Assembly: GCA_965206645.1 (NCBI GenBank)
Contig: CBDBKE010000003.1
Span: 128,001 to 192,000, forward strand
Direction: 5' to 3'
From: Terriglobia bacterium
GTDB lineage: Bacteria; Acidobacteriota; Terriglobia; JAJPHL01; JAPKYU01
DNA: 64,000 bases
Of this stretch, positions 28,584 to 36,965 are shown piece by piece. Within the stretch, counting starts at the first letter, position 1. Every line of letters starts with the position of its first letter. The notes under the pieces were generated by a model, which saw only the letters and a list, made by a program, of their open reading frames with translations, did no database searches and was not told the DNA's origin. Both the position numbers and the translations under genes were made by a program.

Positions 28584-29252
28584 TCATACCGTCACGCTCT
28601 CCAGCGTCATGGGGTCCACGCTGATGTTTTCAAAGCGCACCTGCCCGGAGCCCCGGCTGGCGCCGGCGCCCAGCGCTCCAATCTCTTGAATCAGCCCCAA
28701 CCCTTTGCGGACAAACTCCAGCATCTTGACCGGCTCATCGCCGTCGTAGACGTGAATCAGGATTTCCATCTGGAACTCCGCGTCCCAAACGCGCTCCTGC
28801 CAGCGGGGATGATCGGCGGTCCCTCGGTCGCGATCCACCAGGTTCTCCGCCTTCTCCTCGACGAGCGAGCGGCCGGCAGCCTCCAGCTCGTGCAGCTTGC
28901 GGCCGGACTCGGCCGTCAGCGGTGCGTCGCGCACCAGGATGCGCGTGGGAGAGGTTTCGGCCTGAGGCCGCCTGTGGGCACCGAAGAGAAGGCACACCAG
29001 GCACTCCTTCTGGCCGCAATTGCAGGGGTCGCCGTTCCGACCCTTGCCTTCCACCTTCTCCAGCATGGCGCGCAGTCGGCCTTTGAGGGTGGAGCCGGGA
29101 ATGTAGGGCTCACCGTTAATGGGATTGCGGATGATGGTGAAGTCAGCCAAACCGCTCTCTTCCAGCCAGCCGGTGTGGCCTCCAATGCGCAACCCTCCAT
29201 TGGGGACGCGGATCAGCCCGCGCAGGCGCAGGCAGCCAACCAGTTTCTTCAT
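28584..29252 (-). CDS. csm3: Type III-A CRISPR RAMP Csm3 (Cas7)
   Basis: GLRIGG...AD..IIRNP..GEPYIPGSTLKGRLR, C.C...C..C.LFG, TRILVRDA, KAEN.VDR, PR.QERV, LGAGASRGSGQV. Confidence 0.92.
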   Translation of the reverse strand: MKKLVGCLRLRGLIRVPNGGLRIGGHTGWLEESGLADFTIIRNPINGEPYIPGSTLKGRLRAMLEKVEGKGRNGDPCNCGQKECLVCLLFGAHRRPQAETSPTRILVRDAPLTAESGRKLHELEAAGRSLVEEKAENLVDRDRGTADHPRWQERVWDAEFQMEILIHVYDGDEPVKMLEFVRKGLGLIQEIGALGAGASRGSGQVRFENISVDPMTLESVTV

Positions 29253-30040
29253 CGGCGCTCCTTTCTCTGATGCAGCAAGCCCCCGGCGTAGGCCACTACG
29301 GCCTGGAAGTGCTGGGCGAAGGCGAGCAGGGTCTTTTCGTCGGTGACTCGGTCCACGTTGGCCGCCAGGAACTGGCGGAACAACTCAGGGATCTTGCGGC
29401 GCGCCGCGCGTTCAGCGGCGAACGGCTTCAACTTCTGAATCTCGTTCAACACCAGCTCGATCGGCTGGCCGCCGAACCTGCAAGAGGCAACCGCGCGTTT
29501 GACGTGGTTGTGGAAGACGCGCAGCTGGTGCGCCGTAGAGTCCGTCGGAGGCCAGGCGACCCCCTGGGCAATCTGCTCGGCCCAGTGGGTGATCAATTCC
29601 GAACGCAGCGAGCCTGCCGGCGTGAAGTACCCGCCTTCCAGGTAACCGGCCGGCAGGCCGTGAACCATCACCGGAGCAATCCCGCGACCGGGCCCACGTT
29701 CGCGGCCCCGGGCCCCGGGCGGCCGGTCGCGGCGGGGCGGCCGCGCTCGCTCGGGCACTGCGCGGTGCTCGGCCGTCTCCAGAGCAGCTGCTGCGGTCTC
29801 GGCCGGTTTCTCGCCGACCGGTTTTGCGGAGCTTGGCTTCTCGGCGACTTCCCCTGCTTTGGTCGCCGCTTCGGCGGTGCGCTCGGTGCGCACCTCGGCA
29901 ATGCATTCGGCGCAGAGCTTGTGTTGTGGCCGCGCCGGGCGGAACATCTTGCCGCAGCGAGCGCAGGCTTTTTCCGCCGGCGGCTCTGGCGGTTCGGACT
30001 TCACGCCCGCCTTACGAAGGGCATCTTCCATACTCCCCAT
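29249..30040 (-). CDS. csm2: Csm2 (Cas11) with N-terminal Zn ribbon and low-complexity linker
   Basis: CARC-x14-CAEC; then HQLRVFHNHVK...KLKP..A...R...F..F...HFQAVVAY; position between cas10 and csm3. Confidence 0.8.
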   Translation of the reverse strand: MGSMEDALRKAGVKSEPPEPPAEKACARCGKMFRPARPQHKLCAECIAEVRTERTAEAATKAGEVAEKPSSAKPVGEKPAETAAAALETAEHRAVPERARPPRRDRPPGARGRERGPGRGIAPVMVHGLPAGYLEGGYFTPAGSLRSELITHWAEQIAQGVAWPPTDSTAHQLRVFHNHVKRAVASCRFGGQPIELVLNEIQKLKPFAAERAARRKIPELFRQFLAANVDRVTDEKTLLAFAQHFQAVVAYAGGLLHQRKERR

Positions 30041-30055
30041 AATCGTAATCCAAGA

Positions 30056-31651
30056 TCAAGTGGCGGCGTCCAAGGATGCGTACTCCACTAGAAATTCTAT
30101 CCACGTCCGGTCGGAATTTTCATCATCCTTTAGCAGGCGTCCAGCCCAGGCCCGCGCTGGACGGTGCTTCAGGCGGGGGTCCCGGACCGCCGCGGCCAGC
30201 AGCGGGCGCCCGCGAGCTTCCCCTCTTCGGCTGGAGACGCAGCCTTCGGCCAGGCGGCGCAGCCAGGCCCGGGTGACGGCCCGCCGCTGAAGCCAATCGG
30301 CCAGCGCTTTTGCGGTTTTGAGCAACGAGGCCACCCGCCCCCACTCAATCGAGGTTCCGAAGGCGTACAGACGGTTCCCGCCCGCGTCCTTGGCTTGCCG
30401 CATGGCTTCGGTGGCCAGCTCGACGCCGGCGCGCAGGGTCGCGTGGGGCGGCAACAAGCTCAAGCCGGCCGAGAACGTTAATCCGTCGCCCACGAGTGCC
30501 TGGAAATCCTGCTCGAGACGCAGCGCAAGCTCGAGCGTGTCCTTCCAGGGTCCGATCAGCAGCAGGTCATCGCCGCCGCCAAAGACCGGGAAGACCAGTG
30601 GGAAGTCGCTTTGCAGCAGGTGGTGGAGATGTTCGCCAAAGAAGCCATCCAGCAGTCGACTGAGCGCCACACTCCGCTCCGGATCCCCTACCAGGGCGGC
30701 GAACGCCAGGGCAGCACGGTCCGCGTCAGCGCAAAGATAACCCAGCACCTTCTTGCTGCCCCCGGCCGGAGGAGCCAATTCCTCAAGCCTGGCCGGATGC
30801 CCGTTTCGTGCGGGCAGGCGGCGCAACAGCGGCCAGGATTCACTATCGAGGCGCAATTGAGCTGCAAACGCATCTGCCGGGGGCGAAAACTTCAGACCCA
30901 AGCCTGGGCCGGGCAGGTCGGCTTCCGGCTCCGGGCAAAACCAGGAGCTTTCGATGTCAGGCAGGCGAGCGGCGAGCTCCTGGTCGGCGGCGCAGTCCTT
31001 ACATAAAGTTTCCTCATCCCGAACCTGCACAGAAGTCACGGTGGCGCAGCCGGAACACAGCCCGGTGTCTGCGCCGGCAGGGTCAACAAAGGCCCGCCCG
31101 TTCCAACGCAAACCGATGCGCAGGGCCCCTTCCAGCGGTTGCCGGCGGCGTTGCCTAAGGCGCTCTGCCAATTGGTCCCAAGGCAACCGGTCGCCTTCGC
31201 AGATCGCGCCAGCCAAATAAAGTTCGAGTTCGCCTGCGGGGACCCACTGTTGGAACAACCAAATGTCAAATTCGCGCTGGAGCGATTGAAGGGTCTCTTC
31301 CCATCCTGCCTTGGCGGGCCCCACCAACAAGAATCTGCTCGCGGCACGAAGTAGGCAAACCAGACCCAAGCGCTCGGTCAAGCGCCGCGCCAAAAGCTCG
31401 CCGAGCACTGCCGTGCGGAACGAGCGCGCGCGAAGCCGTTGGGCGGCGGCTCCCGTCGCCGGAATCGGCCGGATGACATACCGCTGAACGCCGCTCAACA
31501 TTCCCTCGACCACCAGGTTGCCGGCGCGGACCTCCGCAATCGGGGCCACCTCCGCGGGCAGCGAGCTTTCTCCGCGCCAAATGGCAGCGAACTTAGGCAA
31601 GCCTCGCTGGACTTCCCCTTCTGCCGTCGCCTGCTCGAGTTCCGGTTCCAT
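30056..31651 (-). CDS. cas10: Short Cas10/Csm1 lacking an HD domain
   Basis: SGVQRYV, LRARSF, CxxC...CxxC, ADAD, LSRLLDGFF, VFGGGDDLLLIGPW, TFSAG, AKDAG; 531 aa. Confidence 0.9.
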   Translation of the reverse strand: MEPELEQATAEGEVQRGLPKFAAIWRGESSLPAEVAPIAEVRAGNLVVEGMLSGVQRYVIRPIPATGAAAQRLRARSFRTAVLGELLARRLTERLGLVCLLRAASRFLLVGPAKAGWEETLQSLQREFDIWLFQQWVPAGELELYLAGAICEGDRLPWDQLAERLRQRRRQPLEGALRIGLRWNGRAFVDPAGADTGLCSGCATVTSVQVRDEETLCKDCAADQELAARLPDIESSWFCPEPEADLPGPGLGLKFSPPADAFAAQLRLDSESWPLLRRLPARNGHPARLEELAPPAGGSKKVLGYLCADADRAALAFAALVGDPERSVALSRLLDGFFGEHLHHLLQSDFPLVFPVFGGGDDLLLIGPWKDTLELALRLEQDFQALVGDGLTFSAGLSLLPPHATLRAGVELATEAMRQAKDAGGNRLYAFGTSIEWGRVASLLKTAKALADWLQRRAVTRAWLRRLAEGCVSSRRGEARGRPLLAAAVRDPRLKHRPARAWAGRLLKDDENSDRTWIEFLVEYASLDAAT

Positions 31652-31980
31652 CTTCCAGGGGGACGATGCGTGTCACGACAGTTGAACACGACAGGTGAAA
31701 AAGCACTAAGAGCGGCAGTCTATCCGAGAGACCGGGCTTTGCAAGCCAATTATAATCGTGCCCGAGGAGCCATCTCATGGATGCATCTCGTCTAACAGGG
31801 TCGGGTGCCTGTAAGCCTTCACTGCTTGACTCCTGCACAAGAACAGACGCACAATCCCCGCCAGATGGCCTGCTAGAAGCTGGATTCTCGCCTTTCGCAA
31901 TTTTGCCTGTGAGATCCCGCGATGCTAGTCCCTGAATCCTAAAAGCTAGGGAAGCGAGAATGCGGCGTAAACCTGTCGTG

Positions 31981-33396
31981 ATGCGTAAGGCTAAGATCGT
32001 CGCCACTATTGGGCCGGCTTCGCGCGAACCCCGGATGCTGCGCGCGCTGCTGGAAGCAGGAATGGACGCAGCACGGCTGAACCTCGCCTTTGGGGACCAG
32101 AGCGAACACGCCCGTGTCATAGGCGACCTGCGCCGCCTGTCCGTTCTACGCCAGTGCCCCGTAGCCATCATTGCGGACCTGCCGGGTGCAAAGATCCGCA
32201 CGGGACGCCTTGAAAGCGGGAAGCCGGTTGTCCTCCGGACCGGACAACAATTGATGCTCACCGGTCAGGACCTTGTAGGGAACCGGGAGCGGATCGGCAT
32301 CACCTATGCGCGCTTGGCGCGGGACGTCCGCCCCGGCGCCCGCATCTTGCTGGACGACGGCTCGATTGAGCTAAGAGTTCGAGAAATCCGGCGATGGGAT
32401 GTCGTTTGCCGTGTGGTCAACGGAGGCGCGCTCGCTGAGCGCAAAGGCGTGAACCTACCCCACGCGACATTGCACTTTCCTTCGCTGACGGCGAAGGACA
32501 AAGAGCTGGTGCGGTTCGCTCTCCAGCATGGCGTCGACTACATCGGGCAGTCGTTTGTGCGCTCAGCCCAGAATGTGCGCGATCTGAAACACTACATTCG
32601 CAGGATTTGCAGGGATGGGTACGACACGCCGGTGGTGGCCAAGATTGAAAAGCCCGAAGCACTGGATGATCTGGAGGCAATCCTGGATGTGGCCGACGGG
32701 GTGATGGTCGCCCGCGGCGACCTTGGCGTGGAGATGAGCCTGGAGGAGGTGCCCAATGTCCAGAGGGATATCATCACGCGCGCCAACGAGCGCCGCATCC
32801 CCGTAATCACCGCGACACAGATGTTGCAGTCTATGATTGAGAACCCCCGGCCCACCCGCGCCGAGGTTGCCGATGTGGCTGCTGCCATTGTCCAAGGCAG
32901 TGGTGCCGTCATGCTTTCAGGCGAGACCAGTGTCGGACACCACCCCCGTGAAGCGGTGGAGATGATGAGTAAGATTATTCGGGCAACCGAAGCCGCGGTG
33001 CCGGTCCAGCGCAACCGCCAGCGCGCCCGGAACCTGACCGAAACTATGGCGGAGACGGTCGCCGGCGCCGCCGAGCAGTATCGCATGACGGCTATCGCCG
33101 TCTTCACCGAGGGCGGCTACAGTGCCCGGCTGATTTCGAAAGCTCGTCCTGCCGCGCCGATCGTTGCCTTTTCGCCCTGCCCAGAGGTCTGCCCGCGCCT
33201 GGCGCTTCTCTGGGGGGTGCTGCCACGGCGTATTGAGCGGTTACAGGAAGTGGATCACCTCATCCAGGAAGGACTGCGGCGCTTGCTTCAGGAGAAGCTA
33301 GTCAAGAAAGGCGACACCGTCGCCTTCATTGCTGGCGTCCCACTCCACAAGGCAGGCAACACCAACTTGCTCAAGTTTTACACGGTCGGCAAGTAG
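31981..33396 (+). CDS. pyk: Pyruvate kinase
   Basis: KIVATIGPAS, AKIEKPEA, MVARGDLGVE, ATQMLQSM, MLSGET. Confidence 0.95.
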   Translation: MRKAKIVATIGPASREPRMLRALLEAGMDAARLNLAFGDQSEHARVIGDLRRLSVLRQCPVAIIADLPGAKIRTGRLESGKPVVLRTGQQLMLTGQDLVGNRERIGITYARLARDVRPGARILLDDGSIELRVREIRRWDVVCRVVNGGALAERKGVNLPHATLHFPSLTAKDKELVRFALQHGVDYIGQSFVRSAQNVRDLKHYIRRICRDGYDTPVVAKIEKPEALDDLEAILDVADGVMVARGDLGVEMSLEEVPNVQRDIITRANERRIPVITATQMLQSMIENPRPTRAEVADVAAAIVQGSGAVMLSGETSVGHHPREAVEMMSKIIRATEAAVPVQRNRQRARNLTETMAETVAGAAEQYRMTAIAVFTEGGYSARLISKARPAAPIVAFSPCPEVCPRLALLWGVLPRRIERLQEVDHLIQEGLRRLLQEKLVKKGDTVAFIAGVPLHKAGNTNLLKFYTVGK

Positions 33397-33476
33397 GCGC
33401 AGGTAGGCAAGGATCAATGCTGTTCAGGGAAAGCAGGGCGCAGGTCATTAGGGAGCACGAACCGGACGGATTGCAA

Positions 33477-34700
33477 TCAGCCACTGAGAGAAACTGCCTG
33501 GAGGGCGCGTACTTCGCCGCTGCGAAATTCGTATTTCTCGAGCCGCGCGGTGTTGACCCCCTGCTCCACCAGGCTGGGCACATCCAGCGCGGCTTCGGCG
33601 CGGTCCAGTTCCTCGGGGCGGGCGTGCAGGGCCGGAGCGCGCGGCAGGAACAGCGGGCAGCAGTCCTGGAAGGGCTCAGAAGAGATGGCGTAGCTGCCCA
33701 GGCGCTCGGCCACTTGCAAGATTTCCAGCTTGTCCTCACCCACCAGCGGGCGGTAGACGGGCAGCGTGGCTGCCCGGTCAACAGCATGCAGGTTGTGCAG
33801 AGTTTGCGAGGCCACCTGAGCGACGCTGTCGCCGGTGATCAGGCCCAGGGCGTGCTCGCGGCGGGCCACCCGCTCGGCAATCCGCAGCATCATGCGGCGG
33901 TAGAGCAGGATGCGATAGGGCTCCGGCGCGGCGGTCACGATCTGCCGCTGGATGGGCTCGAAGGGCACCAGGTAGAGGCGCGCCGTGAACTGGTAGGGGG
34001 CTAGAAGCCGCACCAGCTCCTGCACGACAGGGGCGGAGGATTCACCCGGCCGCGACGGGAGCGCGTGGAAGTGGGTAAACACCACGTGCACGCCCCGCTT
34101 CATCATTTTGTAGGCGGCCACCGCGGAATCGTAGCCACCCGAAAGCAGGCACACCAAGCGGCCGGCGGTGTTGGCCGGCATGCCTCCTGGGCCGGGCAGC
34201 TTCTCGCCGTAGACCAGTGCGGAGGTAGCAGTGATCTCCACAAAGCAGGTGAGCCCCGGCCTGCGGAGGTTGACGCGAGCGCCGGGATGGCCGGCGGCCC
34301 GCAGGCGATCCAGCAGGTACTGCCCCACCAGACCCTCCATCTCCGAGGTGCCCAGGGGGAAGGACTTGTCGGCGCGCTTGACGCGCACGGCAAAGCTTTC
34401 AAAACCACGCCCGCCAACCTCTTCCCAGGCCGCGACGCAGATGGGTTCCGGGTCGGCCTCCACGCGCCGGGCCACCGCGAAATAGACCAGGCCAAACACA
34501 CGCCCGAGCCGCGCGACGGCAATTTCCACCGGTGCATCTTCCAGAAGGTCAACCAGGATGCGGCTGTGGGCGATGCGCGCGTGATGCGGAAGCGGCTCCA
34601 GACTCTGCCGGACGGCGATCAACAGCTTGCCCAGGAAGAAGTTGCGGTTCCCTCCCTTCAGCCACAGCTCGTGAAAGTGCAGGACCAGAGTGCGCGTCAT
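33477..34700 (-). CDS. thiI: tRNA 4-thiouridine synthase ThiI
   Basis: ELWLKGGNR, THUMP domain, LSGGYDS, GDSVAQVASQT, DCC. Confidence 0.93.
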   Translation of the reverse strand: MTRTLVLHFHELWLKGGNRNFFLGKLLIAVRQSLEPLPHHARIAHSRILVDLLEDAPVEIAVARLGRVFGLVYFAVARRVEADPEPICVAAWEEVGGRGFESFAVRVKRADKSFPLGTSEMEGLVGQYLLDRLRAAGHPGARVNLRRPGLTCFVEITATSALVYGEKLPGPGGMPANTAGRLVCLLSGGYDSAVAAYKMMKRGVHVVFTHFHALPSRPGESSAPVVQELVRLLAPYQFTARLYLVPFEPIQRQIVTAAPEPYRILLYRRMMLRIAERVARREHALGLITGDSVAQVASQTLHNLHAVDRAATLPVYRPLVGEDKLEILQVAERLGSYAISSEPFQDCCPLFLPRAPALHARPEELDRAEAALDVPSLVEQGVNTARLEKYEFRSGEVRALQAVSLSG

Positions 34701-34768
34701 CCGATTGGTCTAATTGTAGCGCACAGGGCGAAAGGAGAGTGTTGGACGATGCTATGGAGGCCGGAATC

Positions 34769-36319
34769 TTACAGGGGAATGTTGCCGTGCTTCTTCCGCG
34801 GCATGGTGTCGCGCTTGTTCTCGAGCATCCTCAGGCCCGTGATCAGCTTGGGGCGGGTGAAGCGTGGCTCGATGACGGCATCAATGTAACCGCGCTCAGC
34901 GGCAATGTAAGGATTGGCAAAGCGCTCGCGGAAATCCCGGGTTTTCTCGCCCCGCATGGCGTCTGCGTCCTGAGCTGCCTGGAGGTCGCGGCGGTAGACG
35001 ATGTTCACCGCGCCTTCCGGACCCATGACGGCGATTTCCGCCGTCGGGTAGGCGTAGTTGATGTCGGTGCGAATGTGCTTAGAGCCCATCACGCAGTAAG
35101 CCCCGCCGTAGGCTTTGCGTGTAATAACAGTCAGCTTGGGCACCGTAGCCTCGGCGAACGCGTAGAGCAGCTTGGCCCCGTGCCGGATGATTCCGCCGAA
35201 CTCCTGCTGGGTGCCCGGCAGGAATCCGGGGACGTCCACAAAGGTGAGAAGGGGAATGTTGAAGGCGTCGCAGAAGCGCACGAACCGCGCAGCCTTGACC
35301 GAGGAGCTGATGTCCAGCGTGCCGGCCAGCATCGCCGGCTGGTTCGCCACGATGCCCACCGGGCGTCCGTCCAGCCGCGCGAAGCCCACGACGATATTTT
35401 GCGCGAAGTGCTCCTGCACCTCGAAGAAGTAGCCTTCGTCCACGACCCGGTGGATGATTTCCTTGATGTCGTAAGGCACGTTGGACTCGTCCGGCACAAT
35501 GCCATCCAGCGCAGGATCGGCTCGGTCCGCCGGGTCGGTGGTGGCGCGCCGCGGCGGGTCCTCCAGGTTGTTAGAAGGCAGGAAGCTGAGCAGCTCGCGG
35601 ATCATCGAGAGGCACTCGGGATCGTCGCGCGCAATGAAATGGGCGACGCCGCTGACGGCATTGTGGGTCATGGAGCCGCCGAGCTCCTCCTTGGTTACCT
35701 GCTCGTGAGTGACGGTGCGGATCACGTCAGGCCCGGTGACGAACATGTAGCTGGTGTTCTTCACCATGACCGTGAAGTCGGTGATGGCGGGCGAATAGAC
35801 GGCGCCGCCCGCGCACGGGCCCAGAATGGCGGAAATCTGGGGGATCACGCCGCTGGACAGGGTGTTGCGCAAGAAGATATCGGCGTAGCCGGCCAGCGAC
35901 GCCACACCTTCCTGGATGCGGGCGCCGCCGGAATCGTTCAGGCCCACCACCGGCGCCCCGTTCTTCACAGCCAGGTCCATCAGCTTGCAAATCTTGGCCG
36001 CATTGGTTTCCGACAACGAGCCGCCGAATACGGTGAAGTCCTGGGCAAAGACGTACACCAGTCGCCCCTCAACGCGGCCGTAACCGGAGACGACCCCGTC
36101 GCCCAGCAGCTTTTGCGATTCCATGCCGAAGTCGGTGCAGCGGTGGGTAACCTGCTTGTCCAATTCTTCAAAGCTCCCCTCGTCCAGCAGCAGTTCGACC
36201 CGCTCGCGGGCCGACAGCTTGCCCTCGCGGTGCTGCCGCTCGATGCGTTCGGGGCCGCCGCTGGCTTCCGCCGCCGCGTGGCGCCGGCGTAATTGTTCCA
36301 GACGCTGTTCTCGGGACAT
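34769..36319 (-). CDS. pccB: Acyl-CoA (propionyl/methylmalonyl-CoA) carboxyltransferase subunit
   Basis: [47 protein letters not shown]. Confidence 0.92.
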   Translation of the reverse strand: MSREQRLEQLRRRHAAAEASGGPERIERQHREGKLSARERVELLLDEGSFEELDKQVTHRCTDFGMESQKLLGDGVVSGYGRVEGRLVYVFAQDFTVFGGSLSETNAAKICKLMDLAVKNGAPVVGLNDSGGARIQEGVASLAGYADIFLRNTLSSGVIPQISAILGPCAGGAVYSPAITDFTVMVKNTSYMFVTGPDVIRTVTHEQVTKEELGGSMTHNAVSGVAHFIARDDPECLSMIRELLSFLPSNNLEDPPRRATTDPADRADPALDGIVPDESNVPYDIKEIIHRVVDEGYFFEVQEHFAQNIVVGFARLDGRPVGIVANQPAMLAGTLDISSSVKAARFVRFCDAFNIPLLTFVDVPGFLPGTQQEFGGIIRHGAKLLYAFAEATVPKLTVITRKAYGGAYCVMGSKHIRTDINYAYPTAEIAVMGPEGAVNIVYRRDLQAAQDADAMRGEKTRDFRERFANPYIAAERGYIDAVIEPRFTRPKLITGLRMLENKRDTMPRKKHGNIPL

Positions 36320-36519
36320 GCCGTCATTCTAGTCCAAAGTTCCATGCCGAGGGTCCAAAGTCCTTGTCCGAAGGCATTTCACTGCCTGAAGGCATTTCAA
36401 TGTTGGTTATGGGGCTTCAGACGGGAACGTGACCCCAAAGATTGTTAGGAGCCGCCGGCGTGGGTGCTATACTCGACGACGAGTTAGGCAACAAGTTACA
36501 GCAAACGCGAAGGCAACAA

Positions 36520-36846
36520 ATGGTCAAGCACTTGCAAACGGCATCGCTGATTTGTTGGGCAATTTCCGGCTGGGCCATTGCGGCTGAGCTGGACTTATTG
36601 CCCCGCCTAGGCGAGTTGGCCTGGTCTCGCTGGCAGGTCAGCTTGCTGGCTGGGCTTGCGTTCTGGAGCACCGGGGACCGTCTGGCGGATTGCCGCTGCC
36701 GCTGCTGCGGAGCTTCCGAGGTGCTTCTTCGCGGGCTGTTGACGCGGTCCCACGAGCTGCTGTGTCACCGTTGCCTGCGCTGGAATCCTTCGCTGGGCTC
36801 CCAGGCTCCGTCCCCTTCCCAAGCCTCGTTGTCCTCCGAATCTTAG
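36520..36846 (+). CDS. Small hypothetical membrane protein with Cys cluster
   Basis: Two hydrophobic segments, then CRCC...CHRC. Confidence 0.45.
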   Translation: MVKHLQTASLICWAISGWAIAAELDLLPRLGELAWSRWQVSLLAGLAFWSTGDRLADCRCRCCGASEVLLRGLLTRSHELLCHRCLRWNPSLGSQAPSPSQASLSSES

Positions 36847-36965
36847 CACCGCATCTTAGGAGAGGATAAAAACCCACAGAGACTGGCGGACCTGTGCGGG
36901 CAGACCATGCTCAGTGGGGAAGCGAGGGAGGGATTGAAAGCGCGGGTCGGAGCGCAGACGCGCGA

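Noticed and set aside
31652-31980. Array or leader upstream of cas10 (CACGACAGTTGAA/CACGACAGGTGAA at about 31674-31699)
   Set aside because: Only two adjacent 13-mers; no repeat-spacer periodicity
34532-36292. 586-aa plus-strand ORF and similar long antisense ORFs (e.g. 52364-53569, 60990-62228)
   Set aside because: Shadows of well-supported opposite-strand genes in GC-rich DNA
36331-36402. Short duplications upstream of pccB (GTCCAAAGT x2, GAAGGCATTTCA x2)
   Set aside because: Only two short copies each; no function can be supported
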